From contig CALVKJ010000001.1 in NCBI GenBank assembly GCA_944332675.1, forward strand, positions 5,235 to 69,234: a DNA stretch of 64,000 nt, written 5' to 3'. The position numbers and the translations under genes are program-made. This document shows positions 19,247 through 30,004 of this stretch, piece by piece; positions within the stretch are counted from its first letter, which is position 1, and every line of letters begins with the position of its first letter. A model generated the notes under the pieces. The model was not told where the DNA came from. It saw nothing but the letters and a program-made list of their open reading frames with translations, and made no database searches. The DNA is from an uncultured Bacilli bacterium (GTDB lineage: Bacteria; Bacillota_I; Bacilli_A; RF39; UBA660).

Positions 19247-19380
19247 CTCCCTTCTTGAGGAGGTATCCTAGCACATAATAATTAAATAATTTGTCAGACT
19301 ATGTCGAAGATAACGAAAAATGTAATTTTTTATAGTTTATTTTAAAAAAATGTTACATATAATTAAATAGGTGGTGCTTT

Positions 19381-19662
19381 ATGTTTGGAACTAATGTTGT
19401 TGGTAGTGGTTTATCTTTAACTAAAGTTCTTGGAGGTATATCGCGAGGATTATCTATTGCTAATCAAGTAATACCCTTATATCAACAAGCTAAACCAATG
19501 ATACAAAATGCCAAAAAAGTTATGAGCGTTTTAAAAGAATTTAATAAACCTAGTAATAATATAAATTCTACTAATAATAAAACTACTGTGGAAGTTAATT
19601 CAAAAGAAAAGACTGAACCAACAATGATTCAGTCAGGATCTACTCCGGTATTTTTTCAATAA
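19381..19662 (+). CDS. small protein of unknown function (93 aa)
   Basis: SD AGGTGG 6 nt upstream of ATG; its 3' end overlaps the convergent trmK by 23 bp. Confidence 0.4.
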   Translation: MFGTNVVGSGLSLTKVLGGISRGLSIANQVIPLYQQAKPMIQNAKKVMSVLKEFNKPSNNINSTNNKTTVEVNSKEKTEPTMIQSGSTPVFFQ

Positions 19663-20263
19663 GTTTACTTAGAATATTGATATATTCTAGGTGTTTTTTA
19701 TCTTGAGATTTTTTATATATTTTTTGGTATTTATCAAGTAAATAACTATAATAATTTATATTATTGCTTTTACCAAAAAGGAGTTCTTCTTGGGATAATA
19801 ATTCCCTACCCTTTTGAAATTTAATTATAATGTAATAATGTAATTTGTCTTCAATTACAATTTCTTTAGCTATTTTATAACCTAAAGTGTTTAAAAATGA
19901 ACGTAACTCATAGTGGTCATTATTACTTTGGATTATTAAAGTATCAGGGATTTGGGAAGCGCTTAGTATTTTTTTTATAGTATGTGTTCCCATACCTGCA
20001 ATAATAGCTACATCAAAATTTTCTTTGATGTTTTTTAGTCCATCCGATAATACTAGAGTAATTTTATCATCTAAATTATGCTTTTTTAGATTATCCAAGC
20101 TAGATTTTAAAACTTTAGAAGAAATATCACTAGCTGTAATATTCTTAGTTACATTATTTTCATATAAATAAATTGGTAAATAAGCGTGATCTGTTCCAAT
20201 ATCGATTACCCTTGCATTATTTGGCACTAAATCAGCAATAGATTTTAATCTTTTACTTAGCAT
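19640..20263 (-). CDS. trmK: tRNA (adenine22-N1)-methyltransferase
   Basis: N-terminus LSKRLKSIADLVPNNARVIDIGTDHAYLPIYL is TrmK/YqfN-typical; it follows sigA as in the Firmicutes macromolecular-synthesis operon. Confidence 0.85.
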   Translation of the reverse strand: MLSKRLKSIADLVPNNARVIDIGTDHAYLPIYLYENNVTKNITASDISSKVLKSSLDNLKKHNLDDKITLVLSDGLKNIKENFDVAIIAGMGTHTIKKILSASQIPDTLIIQSNNDHYELRSFLNTLGYKIAKEIVIEDKLHYYIIIKFQKGRELLSQEELLFGKSNNINYYSYLLDKYQKIYKKSQDKKHLEYINILSKLIEKIPE

Positions 20264-21369
20264 TATTCTTCTAGGAAGTCCCTTAGTTTTTTAGCTCTTG
20301 ATGGATGTCTTAGTTTTCTTAAAGCTTTAGCTTCAATTTGTCTTATTCTTTCTCGAGTTACATTAAACTTCTTACCAACTTCTTCGAGAGTATGGCAAGT
20401 TCCATCGATAAGACCAAATCTAAGTTCAAGTACTTCTTGTTCCCTTGCTTGAAGCGACATAAGTACTTCTTTTATTTCTTCTTTTAAAATTTCGTTTTCT
20501 GTATATTCTTCTGGTGAAAGACTTGATTCGTCTTTTAGAAAATCACCTAGATGAGAGTCTTCTTCTTCCCCAATTGGAGTTTCTAGAGAAACTGGTTCTT
20601 GACTAATTTTTAGTACTTCTCTAACTTTCTCAATTCCAACTCCCATTTTTTTAGCAATTTCTTCTTCGCTAGGTTCACGATTTAGTTCAAGCGTAAGTTG
20701 TCTTTGAACTCTCGACATCTTATTGATTGTTTCAACCATATGAACAGGAACACGAATAGTTCTAGCTTGATCAGCTAGGGCTCTAGTTATCGCTTGGCGA
20801 ATCCACCAGGTAGCATAAGTTGAGAATTTATAACCTTTGTCATAGTCAAACTTTTCAACGGCTTTCATAAGGCCAATATTTCCTTCTTGAATTAAATCAA
20901 GGAATAATAGACCACGACCGACATATCTTTTAGCAATACTTACTACTAAACGAAGGTTAGATTCTGCTAGAATTCTTTTAGCTTCTTCATCACCAGCAGC
21001 AACTCTTTGCGAAATTTCCATTTCTTCGGTACTAGAAAGCAAAGATATGCGACCAATTTCTTTTAAATACATTCTAACTGGGTCATTGATATTAATATCT
21101 TTGGTGATATCTTCATCATTTAATATTATTTCTTCTGTTTCTTCTTTTGGTTTAAGTTTAGCTTCTCCACTACTTGAATCAACATCAGCTTCAGCAACAA
21201 CTTGGATTTTATTGTCAACCAATTTATTATACAAATTATCTAAGGCATCTGAATCTATTTCTAATCCTTTTAATTCTTCTGCTAATTCTTCATAGGTAAT
21301 AAAGCCTTTTTCTTTTCCTTTAACTATTAAGCTATTTTCTCTTTCTTCTAATGTTTTAATTTCGTTCAT
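20263..21369 (-). CDS. sigA: RNA polymerase primary sigma factor
   Basis: Regions 1.2-4 present, including [14 protein letters not shown] (region 2.4) and the region-4 [22 protein letters not shown]. Confidence 0.97.
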   Translation of the reverse strand: MNEIKTLEERENSLIVKGKEKGFITYEELAEELKGLEIDSDALDNLYNKLVDNKIQVVAEADVDSSSGEAKLKPKEETEEIILNDEDITKDININDPVRMYLKEIGRISLLSSTEEMEISQRVAAGDEEAKRILAESNLRLVVSIAKRYVGRGLLFLDLIQEGNIGLMKAVEKFDYDKGYKFSTYATWWIRQAITRALADQARTIRVPVHMVETINKMSRVQRQLTLELNREPSEEEIAKKMGVGIEKVREVLKISQEPVSLETPIGEEEDSHLGDFLKDESSLSPEEYTENEILKEEIKEVLMSLQAREQEVLELRFGLIDGTCHTLEEVGKKFNVTRERIRQIEAKALRKLRHPSRAKKLRDFLEE

Positions 21370-21373
21370 TATT

Positions 21374-23149
21374 TCACACTTCCTTTTTTAATTCCGTAAG
21401 TTTCGCAATTAACTCAAGTTTTTTATTAACATCCAACTCTTGCTTGATTTTTTCTTTAAGTTCAACTATCTCATCTTTTTTTAAGATCTTTAACACAACA
21501 TCTACACAACTATTGAATTCATCAAGCGAAACTATTGTATTATTGTTTTCACTAATTATTTCATTAATAAATGCAAACAACTCTTCTTGAGGCATCATAT
21601 ATGTCAAAAAATCTGCAATATTAATATTATTATGAACAGTATTGTAATAAACTATTTCACTAGCTAACATTCTTTCTTTTTTTTCTTTAAAATACCCTAA
21701 GCGATTCTTATAAACAGTTATATAAGTTGGATCACACATCATCGAATATAAAATTTTACTTACCGCGTTTTGATACTTACTTATTTTGGGTTTTGTAACT
21801 TCTTTTTTAGGTGTTTCCTTTTTTGCATCTTGCACTATTTTATTATTTAATTCTTGCTTTAGTATCTCGGCATCAATTTCATAATCCTTGCTTATTTTAG
21901 ATATAACTAGCTCTTTTGTCAAGTCATCTTCGTTATTTAAACTAGAAATTACTTCTTTTACATAAATAATTAGATCTTCCATATTATTTAAATTCTTATT
22001 ATTTTTTAGATATTCTAGTTTAAAATCGATATATTTTAAAGCGTGTTTAATATTATCTTTTAAAGCATCTACTCCTTTGATACGAATATATTCATCGGGG
22101 TCTTTTGCATCTGTTAATCTTACTACTCTTAAATCGACATCGTATTTTTGCAATTCATCGCCATTTTTTACAGTAGCTTCCAACCCTGCTGAATCATTAT
22201 CTAGCATTAGGATTATAGGAACTTTCAGTTTTCTTAAAACATCAATTTGTTCTTTAGATAAGGCAACACCCATTAGAGCAACAACATTTTTAATACCACT
22301 GGCACTAAGCTTTATAGCATCCATATTTCCTTCAACGACGATTACACATTTTTCTTCTCTGATACTATTACGAGCATTGTGATAATTAAATAAGATCTGC
22401 CCTTTTTTAAATATTTCAGTTTCTTTAGTATTCATATATTTGGCAGTATCTTTTTCACCATTAAATATACGACCGGTAAATCCTACAACCTGGCCTTTTA
22501 AATTTTCAATGGGAATCATTATCCGGTTAGAAAATACATCATAAATATCTAATCCAACTTTATTAATGAGCCCCAAATCGCTAGCTTTATCGATGTTATA
22601 TTTTTTGCTATTTAATAATTTATATAATGTATCTTTGCTATCTAATGATAGACCAATATTAAATTCTTTAATAATAGATTCATCAATGCCCCGTTCTTCT
22701 AGATACTTACGAGCACTTATACCTTTTTCGGTAAATATATTGTTTAAGTAGAATTTCTTAGAAAACTCCATTATTTCATAGTCTTCCTTATTAGTGGTAG
22801 AAAAATCAGATAAATTAGCTATATTTAAGTTATAACCGATTTTATCAGCAACTATTTTTACTGCTTCAACAAAACTGACATTTTCATATTTCATAATAAA
22901 GGTAAAAACATTACCACCAGTTCGGCAGGTAAAACAATTAAACATCTGGCGTTCTCTTGATACTACTAAACTTGGTGAATGGTCATCGTGAAAAGGACAA
23001 ACCGCTAAAAAGTTTTTGCCACGTTGTTTTAAAGATAAATATCCTGAAATAATATCAACTATATCTGCTCCCTCACGGATAGCATTAATTTCTTCATCTT
23101 TAATGTATGCCATATCTTCCCCTCTACCTATATTTTTGCTAGTATTCAC
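21374..23149 (-). CDS. dnaG: DNA primase
   Basis: Zinc ribbon [11 protein letters not shown]...[19 protein letters not shown]...DND; 591 aa, directly upstream of sigA. Confidence 0.95.
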   Translation of the reverse strand: MNTSKNIGRGEDMAYIKDEEINAIREGADIVDIISGYLSLKQRGKNFLAVCPFHDDHSPSLVVSRERQMFNCFTCRTGGNVFTFIMKYENVSFVEAVKIVADKIGYNLNIANLSDFSTTNKEDYEIMEFSKKFYLNNIFTEKGISARKYLEERGIDESIIKEFNIGLSLDSKDTLYKLLNSKKYNIDKASDLGLINKVGLDIYDVFSNRIMIPIENLKGQVVGFTGRIFNGEKDTAKYMNTKETEIFKKGQILFNYHNARNSIREEKCVIVVEGNMDAIKLSASGIKNVVALMGVALSKEQIDVLRKLKVPIILMLDNDSAGLEATVKNGDELQKYDVDLRVVRLTDAKDPDEYIRIKGVDALKDNIKHALKYIDFKLEYLKNNKNLNNMEDLIIYVKEVISSLNNEDDLTKELVISKISKDYEIDAEILKQELNNKIVQDAKKETPKKEVTKPKISKYQNAVSKILYSMMCDPTYITVYKNRLGYFKEKKERMLASEIVYYNTVHNNINIADFLTYMMPQEELFAFINEIISENNNTIVSLDEFNSCVDVVLKILKKDEIVELKEKIKQELDVNKKLELIAKLTELKKEV

Positions 23150-23197
23150 TGTTTTTTCTAATATTTGTTTGTGTTTTTTATAAAAATCGTCATTATT

Positions 23198-24064
23198 TTA
23201 CCATTTTTCGAGGATTTTATCAAGTGTTGAGGCAAAAAAACTTAAAAATAATGTGCTAATAAATACCCCTTCATCTAAATTTACAAATTTCGTAAGTAAA
23301 GCCGTAATTAAACCTGCTAGTATTCCGTAGATAAGCATACCTTTCTTGGTGTGGGGTGTGCTAAAGGAATCAATGCTTAGTAAAATAATAGCTAAAATTG
23401 CACTACTACTAGTTAAAACAGTAATATCAAAACTGTTAAGACACAAAGATATAACAATAAATGTTACAAGAGAACTAGTAGCAACGATCGTTTTATAATT
23501 ATTAGTTATACAAAAAACTAAAAAGATTAATAAACCTAAAATGATATTAGTTGAAGCAATACCGCCGATATTTCTCCCCCACAGATTATCCCACAAATTT
23601 AGAGAATAAATATTTAAATTTTCTCCTGCATTAGCATAAGAATAATTACTAAATATTACTACTAATAAAATGATGATTAACTTACAAAAAGCCATTTTGT
23701 TAAATTTGAATTTCTTTTCGATTAAATTGGCTAGTATAAAACTAACAAATAAACCAATTGTATAAATGCCAATATTAATATTCGGAGGCATAAAAAGAGG
23801 GATAATTAGCAAATATAATAAATCAAAAGTCCATATTTCTTTTTGATGAAATATTAGTTTATCTACTAGGAAATAAATACCAATACTAACAAGTAAAAGA
23901 ATAATTATTTTAAATGCTTCGAATAAAGAAATTAAATCTCTGCTATATAATAAAAAGCCATTTTTATAAAGCCCATATAAAACTAAAGGAATAAGACAAA
24001 TTAAATATCTTTTGATTATTTTAGCTATATTTTCTTTGTTGTGTAAAAATACTTTACCATTCAT
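23198..24064 (-). CDS. polytopic membrane protein, weakly RnfD/NqrB-like
   Basis: ~9 predicted TM helices; start overlaps the stop of the upstream Fe-S protein gene (ATGA); the family assignment is low-confidence. Confidence 0.4.
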   Translation of the reverse strand: MNGKVFLHNKENIAKIIKRYLICLIPLVLYGLYKNGFLLYSRDLISLFEAFKIIILLLVSIGIYFLVDKLIFHQKEIWTFDLLYLLIIPLFMPPNINIGIYTIGLFVSFILANLIEKKFKFNKMAFCKLIIILLVVIFSNYSYANAGENLNIYSLNLWDNLWGRNIGGIASTNIILGLLIFLVFCITNNYKTIVATSSLVTFIVISLCLNSFDITVLTSSSAILAIILLSIDSFSTPHTKKGMLIYGILAGLITALLTKFVNLDEGVFISTLFLSFFASTLDKILEKW

Positions 24065-25008
24065 TTTTTATACTCCTTTAGTTTTTCTTTTAAATTGACG
24101 AATCCCGGGCAAATATAAGAACAAAGACCGCAATCAAGACATTTAGCAATTTTTTTGCCAGATAAGGGATTGACACCACTTGGGCAAATATCGATACACT
24201 TACCACAATTTATACATTTCGGCTCTGCTTGTGATGGCAAATTAATAATATTTATTGCAAATATATCATCAGTAATTATAAAATTAGTTAAACTAGTTAT
24301 TTCATAACCTTGCATTAAACCATTGGCAATCACTTGATAATTATCCGTATTTATCTTAAAGTAATTATCTAAAATATCACTTAACAAAGTATATTTTTTA
24401 ACTCTTATTATTTTGCTTTCACCAATTATATTATTAGTTAGTGTAAGTAAAAGTGTAGTATTATCTTTATCTTGTAAATAATTATTTAAATTCAACAATT
24501 CCACAGTAGTTAAATATAAAGTATTACCATTAACTTGTAATTTGTTTTCGATAAATTCTTTTCTTTCTAATAAATATTCATCATTTACTAAAGTTAAATT
24601 AATATTGGGATATGTTCCAATTACATTTAAGCATTCATTGATAATTAATGTATCGACATTTTTTACTACTAAATAATTTTTATCTGATTTATAAATAAAA
24701 CTTAATTCATCAAGTAATTCTAATAATTCAGAAATATTTTCTTTTAAAATAAATATATTATTGTAAACGTATGGTTCATCATTTAAAGCAGTTATAATGA
24801 TATTATCAAATTTAGTTTGGCTTTTAAACTTTTCTAAAAGTACTTGATCCTCTCTTTCTAAAGAGCTTAAAATATTTTTAATAGTTACTTTCTTTTTCGT
24901 TCTTTTTTCTTTTTTTTCTACTTCCCGAAAGTCATTTTTTATTACTAAACAATCTTGCCAAGAATTAGTAATTACCTGCAGCGCACATATTTTTATAGAC
25001 GATTTCAT
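24061..25008 (-). CDS. 2x[4Fe-4S] ferredoxin-domain protein (RnfC-like C-terminal region); the N-terminal part may lie in another frame
   Basis: Two CxxCxxCxxxCP motifs (CINCGKCIDICPSG, CLDCGLCSYICPGF); no FMN/NADH-binding motif; an upstream 52-codon ORF (25123-24967) in a different frame begins in a TAATG overlap with the uvrC stop. Confidence 0.5.
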   Translation of the reverse strand: MKSSIKICALQVITNSWQDCLVIKNDFREVEKKEKRTKKKVTIKNILSSLEREDQVLLEKFKSQTKFDNIIITALNDEPYVYNNIFILKENISELLELLDELSFIYKSDKNYLVVKNVDTLIINECLNVIGTYPNINLTLVNDEYLLERKEFIENKLQVNGNTLYLTTVELLNLNNYLQDKDNTTLLLTLTNNIIGESKIIRVKKYTLLSDILDNYFKINTDNYQVIANGLMQGYEITSLTNFIITDDIFAINIINLPSQAEPKCINCGKCIDICPSGVNPLSGKKIAKCLDCGLCSYICPGFVNLKEKLKEYKK

Positions 25009-25122
25009 CTTGCTTTACGTGGATATTTTCACCTGGTAAGAAAATGTAATCTGGATTTAAATAGTAGATAATATCCTTAGATATCTTTATATTAGGATCT
25101 TTTTCTAAACTAATTAACTTCA

Positions 25123-26895
25123 TTACTTGCTTAATTTCCTTTCTTCTAAGTATTTATGTAAATTATTTGCAACATTTTCGGGTATTATTTCACTTAGTTC
25201 AGCAATCGATGCTTCTCCCATTTTTTTGATACTACCATATTTTTTGATTAATTCTTTCTTACGAACTTTCCCTATTCCATCAATATTATCAAGAACGCTA
25301 GCAATACTTCCCTTATCGCGGAGCTGCTTGTGGTACGTGATAGTGAATCTATGGACTTCATCTTGGATTCGCGTTAAGTAATGGAATATATCACTATCCC
25401 TAGGAATAGAAATTGTATCTAAAGTATCGCCATCGATTAACTCATTGGTTCGGTGGTGATCATCTTTTTTTAAACCACAAACTTTAATATTTAACTTTAA
25501 AGCATCGAGTATTTCTTTACAAGCTCTAATTTGATTTTCTCCGCCATCGACGATGATTAGATCTGGTAGCTCTGTTTTATCTACTAATGCCCGGTAGTAC
25601 CTGCGATATATTACTTCTTTCATTGTATTATAGTCATCGTTTTTATCAACACTTACTTTATACTTGCGATATTCTTTGCGGCAAGGTTTACCTGCAACAA
25701 ACACAATCATTCCACTAACGGAATATGAACCAAAAAGATTAGAGTTATCGAAAGCATCAATACGGTCAAGAACATCCAAATTAAGAAGACGTCTTAATTC
25801 TTCATTAGCTCCCACGCTACGTTTTTCATCATTTTTAATAATTGTTACTTCTTGTTCTAGACTAATTTTAGCATTTTCTTTAGCCATAGTAATCAAATTT
25901 TTCTTAATTCCTTTTTGGGGTATAAAAGCTTTAGTATTTAAGATATTACTTATGACCTCACTATTAAGAGATTCATCTAATAATATTTCTTTAGGAATTT
26001 CGTGTCTAGTATAAAAATTTAGAATATAAGAGTTTACTTCATCATAAAGATCACTAATCATATAAAATTTATCGTTATTTCCGCCGACGATTTTACCATT
26101 ACGAATAAATAAAATTTGAACAGAAATTATTCCTTCATCCAAGTAATAGCCGATAGCATCACGATTTACATAGTCGTGTAATTCAACTTTTTGTTTATCT
26201 AAAATTACTTTGATATATTGTAATTCTTTTTTTAATTCTAAGGCCGCTTCATAATTGAGGTTTTCACTAAACATATTAATTTTTTCCATTATTTTATCAA
26301 TTAATATTTTATCATTTCCTTTTAAAAAATCGAGAATTTCATTTTCCATATCAGCTAGTTTTTGGGCATCGACATTTTTTTCACAATATCCTAGACATTC
26401 TCCGATATGGTAATAAAGACAAACTTGTTTAGGCATACCTTCACATTTTTTTAAAGGATACAATCTATTAATTAAACCAACTATCTTTCTAGCAGCATAA
26501 GCATTAGGATATGGTCCAAATAATAACTTTTTATCTTTTTTCTTAATATTTAAGTAACGGGAAACTTTAAGACGTGGATAGGGCTTAGAAATATATTCGA
26601 TATATGGATAACTTTTATCATCTTTAAGTAAAATATTATATTTAGGATTATATTCTTTTATTAAATTTATTTCTAAAATAAAGGCTTCTTGTTCAGTATT
26701 AGTAGTAATATAGGTAAAATCGACGACTTCACTCACCATTTTAGCGGTCTTGCCAGTTACAGTACCTTTAAAATAGCTATTTACTCGTTTATATAAATCT
26801 TTAGCTTTACCAACATAAATAATAGTATTATTAATATTACGCATTTGGTATGAACCCGGCAAATGCGGTATAGTTTTTAATTTTTCTCTAAGCAT
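25123..26895 (-). CDS. uvrC: excinuclease ABC subunit C
   Basis: N-terminal GIY-YIG (GSYQMRN...IYVGKAKDLYKRVNSYF), C-terminal HhH; 590 aa. Confidence 0.95.
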   Translation of the reverse strand: MLREKLKTIPHLPGSYQMRNINNTIIYVGKAKDLYKRVNSYFKGTVTGKTAKMVSEVVDFTYITTNTEQEAFILEINLIKEYNPKYNILLKDDKSYPYIEYISKPYPRLKVSRYLNIKKKDKKLLFGPYPNAYAARKIVGLINRLYPLKKCEGMPKQVCLYYHIGECLGYCEKNVDAQKLADMENEILDFLKGNDKILIDKIMEKINMFSENLNYEAALELKKELQYIKVILDKQKVELHDYVNRDAIGYYLDEGIISVQILFIRNGKIVGGNNDKFYMISDLYDEVNSYILNFYTRHEIPKEILLDESLNSEVISNILNTKAFIPQKGIKKNLITMAKENAKISLEQEVTIIKNDEKRSVGANEELRRLLNLDVLDRIDAFDNSNLFGSYSVSGMIVFVAGKPCRKEYRKYKVSVDKNDDYNTMKEVIYRRYYRALVDKTELPDLIIVDGGENQIRACKEILDALKLNIKVCGLKKDDHHRTNELIDGDTLDTISIPRDSDIFHYLTRIQDEVHRFTITYHKQLRDKGSIASVLDNIDGIGKVRKKELIKKYGSIKKMGEASIAELSEIIPENVANNLHKYLEERKLSK

Positions 26896-26964
26896 TATTT
26901 CCCACCTTTTTTTATTATACTACAAAATACGTCATTTTTACGATATAATATTGCTGGTGATATT

Positions 26965-27314
26965 ATGAATTTAATAAAAATGAGCCAAATTGAAGAAAAA
27001 AAATCAAAATTTATTGCCTATTACTATCAATAGATGATATAGAAGAAGTTAAATTGATACTTGAAAATCTAAGAAAAGAACATAAAAAAGCTAGACATAT
27101 CGTCTATGCATATCGTTTTGGTAATACCGCTGGCAAAAGTGATGATAAAGAGCCAAGTGGTACAGCTGGTCTACCTTTATACAATTTATTAGAAAAAAAT
27201 AACTTAGACAATTCTTTACTCGCTGTTGTAAGATATTTTGGAGGTACTAAGTTAGGTGCTGGCCCACTTGCGCGGGCTTACAATAAAGCTGGTTCTTTGG
27301 CAATAAAAAAATGA
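26965..27314 (+). pseudogene. yigZ: IMPACT/YigZ (UPF0029) N-terminal-domain gene interrupted by a frameshift
   Basis: Frame-1 ORF MNLIKMSQIEEKKSKFIAYYYQ stops at TAG (27031). The family-typical continuation SIDDIEEVKLILENLRKEHKKARHIVYAYRF...EPSGTAG...VVRYFGGTKLG...RAY is in frame 0 (annotated from TTG 27054), so a -1 shift is needed near 27020-27035. Confidence 0.5.
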
Positions 27315-27605
27315 TCATTCGACCATTTTTTTTATATCATCTAAGTTTCTAAAACCGATTTCTTTTTTGGATTCTTCACCGTTTTCAAACAAAATCAATG
27401 TGGGAATACTCATTACACCGTATTTTGAAGCTAAAGCTGGAAATTCATCAACGTTAACTTTTAAAACTGGAATAAAATCGATTTCTTCAAGTATTGGGGC
27501 AAGCATTTTGCAAGGGCCGCACCATTCAGCATAAAAATCTACTAAAACTTTGTCTGCACCAATAATATTTTTAAAATCATCTTGTTTTTTTAAATGTTTT
27601 ACCAT
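27315..27605 (-). CDS. trxA: thioredoxin
   Basis: WCGPCK active site; 96 aa. Confidence 0.92.
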   Translation of the reverse strand: MVKHLKKQDDFKNIIGADKVLVDFYAEWCGPCKMLAPILEEIDFIPVLKVNVDEFPALASKYGVMSIPTLILFENGEESKKEIGFRNLDDIKKMVE

Positions 27606-27615
27606 AATATACTCC

Positions 27616-28311
27616 TTATATAACTACTGTACCCGAAAATTGAATTTTGTTATCATCAATCAATCTTTGGGCGTCTTCTTTGGATATTATATTATAAGTA
27701 ACTAAAACGTGCAATACTTGGAAGTTAACTTCTTCTCTGTTTTCATTATCTTGCATTTCACTTACTATTTCATCAATTTCTTCTAATGCTTTAGTACTAC
27801 TCGATGCTAAAGATCCTATAATTGGAGTTCTTTCAAGTAGAACAATGGAAAATTTAGAATCTGCTACCATTGGTTCAGTTGCGGGTATATGGAATAATAT
27901 AAATGCTACTAGGAAAGCCATAATAACACCTTCAATTAAACCAACAATGCCTCCGAGTATTTTAGATGGAATTGCCAATATTACAGTAATATCGATCAAT
28001 TTTTCAACGATACCTGCCAAATTAATAACTATACTTAATATACAATAAAGGATAATATAAATTACTATAAACGAGATGAGTTCATATATCAAAACATTTA
28101 TAGAAGTTATTCCTTCAAAAACTCCTCCGAAATTATAAAATGGCAAATATTTCATTAGAAAATTAGCTAAAACATCTTTAAATACAAAAGCTAGAACAAT
28201 AACAGCACAGGTTCCAATTAATTGAACTAAGCTTTTAATAACTCCTTTTCTAAGACCAATAATTCCAAATAACACAATTATTACAATACAAATAATATCA
28301 ATTACATTCAT
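27616..28311 (-). CDS. cvpA: CvpA family membrane protein
   Basis: 4-TM N-terminal region with a CvpA-like pattern, soluble C-terminal tail; 231 aa. Confidence 0.65.
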   Translation of the reverse strand: MNVIDIICIVIIVLFGIIGLRKGVIKSLVQLIGTCAVIVLAFVFKDVLANFLMKYLPFYNFGGVFEGITSINVLIYELISFIVIYIILYCILSIVINLAGIVEKLIDITVILAIPSKILGGIVGLIEGVIMAFLVAFILFHIPATEPMVADSKFSIVLLERTPIIGSLASSSTKALEEIDEIVSEMQDNENREEVNFQVLHVLVTYNIISKEDAQRLIDDNKIQFSGTVVI

Positions 28312-28400
28312 TTTCTGCCTCTCCTTATTTTAATTATATTATAATTATGATGAAAAATAAAGCGAAATATGATAAAATTTAACTAAGTGAGGTAAAATAG

Positions 28401-29336
28401 ATGACAATTGTATTTAAAGTTAGTGATAATGTTAAGGAAAAAATGATTAAGTATTATGCCGACTTAAGAAGAGATAAAACTCCTCCTTATGCTGTATTTC
28501 AAGCAACTGAGGCTGATACAATAATTACTTTATATGAATCTGGTAAGGTGATGTTTCAAGGAATAAGTGCTGATGTTGATGCTAATATCTGGATAGATTT
28601 GGAACGAAAACTCAATAACAGAATTATCGATATTAAAACTGGGAAAGAAAAAGGAAAAGAGAAAAAAGAAACAATATCAAAGTATCGGAGATTTGATAAA
28701 TATAACACTATCGGATCAGATGAAGTTGGTACTGGTGATTACTTTGGACCGATTGTAGTTACGGCAACATTTGTAAGTCGTGATGATATAGCATTTTTAG
28801 ATGAACTAAAAGTAACAGATTCAAAAAAAATAACAGATGATGCAATAAAGAATATGGCTCCTAAAATAATGGAGAAAATCCCCTACTCTAGTTATATATT
28901 AAACAATACTGATTATAATAAATTTCATAATGAAAGTATTAATATGAATAAAATAAAAGCAATACTTCATAACAAAGTATTACTTAATATGGTAAATAAA
29001 AATTTGCCTTATGAAAAAATAGTAGTTGATCAATTTACTCCACCAACTAAATATTATGAATACTTAAGCGATGTTAAAGATAAGGTAATCAATATTACAT
29101 TTACTCCGAAAGCTGAAGAACAATGCCTAAGTGTTGCTTGTGCATCGATTATAAGTAGATATATATTTTTAAAAACAATAAATGATATAAGTAATGAACT
29201 AGGAATAGATATACCTAAGGGAGCTGGAACAACAGTTGATGAAGTAGCAAAAAAATTAGTCCAAGAAAAAGGCTTTGATATATTAAATAAATATGCTAAA
29301 TTAAATTTTAAAAATACTGACAAAATAAAATTTTAG
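28401..29336 (+). CDS. rnhC: ribonuclease HIII
   Basis: RNase HIII-specific N-terminal domain (YAVFQA...TIITLYESGKVMFQG) and the RNase HII-like catalytic core GSDEVGTGDYFGP. Confidence 0.9.
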   Translation: MTIVFKVSDNVKEKMIKYYADLRRDKTPPYAVFQATEADTIITLYESGKVMFQGISADVDANIWIDLERKLNNRIIDIKTGKEKGKEKKETISKYRRFDKYNTIGSDEVGTGDYFGPIVVTATFVSRDDIAFLDELKVTDSKKITDDAIKNMAPKIMEKIPYSSYILNNTDYNKFHNESINMNKIKAILHNKVLLNMVNKNLPYEKIVVDQFTPPTKYYEYLSDVKDKVINITFTPKAEEQCLSVACASIISRYIFLKTINDISNELGIDIPKGAGTTVDEVAKKLVQEKGFDILNKYAKLNFKNTDKIKF

Positions 29337-29368
29337 CAGAAAAATTGTACAAATATATTTTAACAACT

Positions 29369-29395
29369 GGAGCAAGACAATTGCTTCTTTTTTTT
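29369..29395. terminator. bidirectional rho-independent terminator between convergent rnhC and a HAD hydrolase gene
   Basis: 7-bp stem ggagcaa/ttgcttc with loop gacaa, followed by an 8-T run. Confidence 0.55.
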
Positions 29396-29433
29396 AGTAT
29401 CCAGAATATTTAAATTTTTCTGTGTAATATTTA

Positions 29434-29982
29434 CTATATATCAATTTTATTAATTATTTCATCAAAAATATTACTATTTTTATCTATTTTTATGGTTTCA
29501 ATACCTATTTTTTTGGCTGAATTAATATTATCAATGTTATCATCAACAAATAATAACTCATTAGGTTTAATTTTATATTTTTTTAAAATAAATTTGTAAA
29601 ATTCTGGATCGGGTTTTATTTTATGCATTTCTGCTGATATTAAAATGTCGTCTAAATAAACACTTTCAAATGTTTTTTCTATAAAATTTCTAACCAAAGA
29701 AATATGATTAGTCGCAATAATTATTTTGATATTTTTATATCTTTCTTTTAGTTTTTTGAAAATATCAATTTCACGTGGCTCATATAATTTATCTATTAAT
29801 TTTTCTACTGTTCCTATTATAATAGAATCATCATTAAGAATTTTTTTGGCTTCTAATAAATACTCAGAATCATTAATATTAGGGCCAAACATTTTCTCTA
29901 ACTTTTTTTCTTCAGAAGTAAGCAAAATATCTTTTTCTTTAACTAAAACACCAACCAAATCAAAAGCAATATATTTTATCAT
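29434..29982 (-). CDS. HAD superfamily hydrolase
   Basis: HAD motif I at the N-terminus IAFDLVGVL; later DD motif LFVDDNIDN. Confidence 0.7.
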   Translation of the reverse strand: MIKYIAFDLVGVLVKEKDILLTSEEKKLEKMFGPNINDSEYLLEAKKILNDDSIIIGTVEKLIDKLYEPREIDIFKKLKERYKNIKIIIATNHISLVRNFIEKTFESVYLDDILISAEMHKIKPDPEFYKFILKKYKIKPNELLFVDDNIDNINSAKKIGIETIKIDKNSNIFDEIINKIDI

Positions 29983-30004
29983 TTTTTCTCCTTTTGCACT
30001 GGAT

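Noticed and set aside
23198-25008. A functional Rnf or Nqr ion-pumping complex
   Set aside because: Only an RnfC-like Fe-S tail without FMN/NADH motifs and one RnfD-like membrane protein are present; RnfA/B/E/G are absent, so the locus is not a complete complex.
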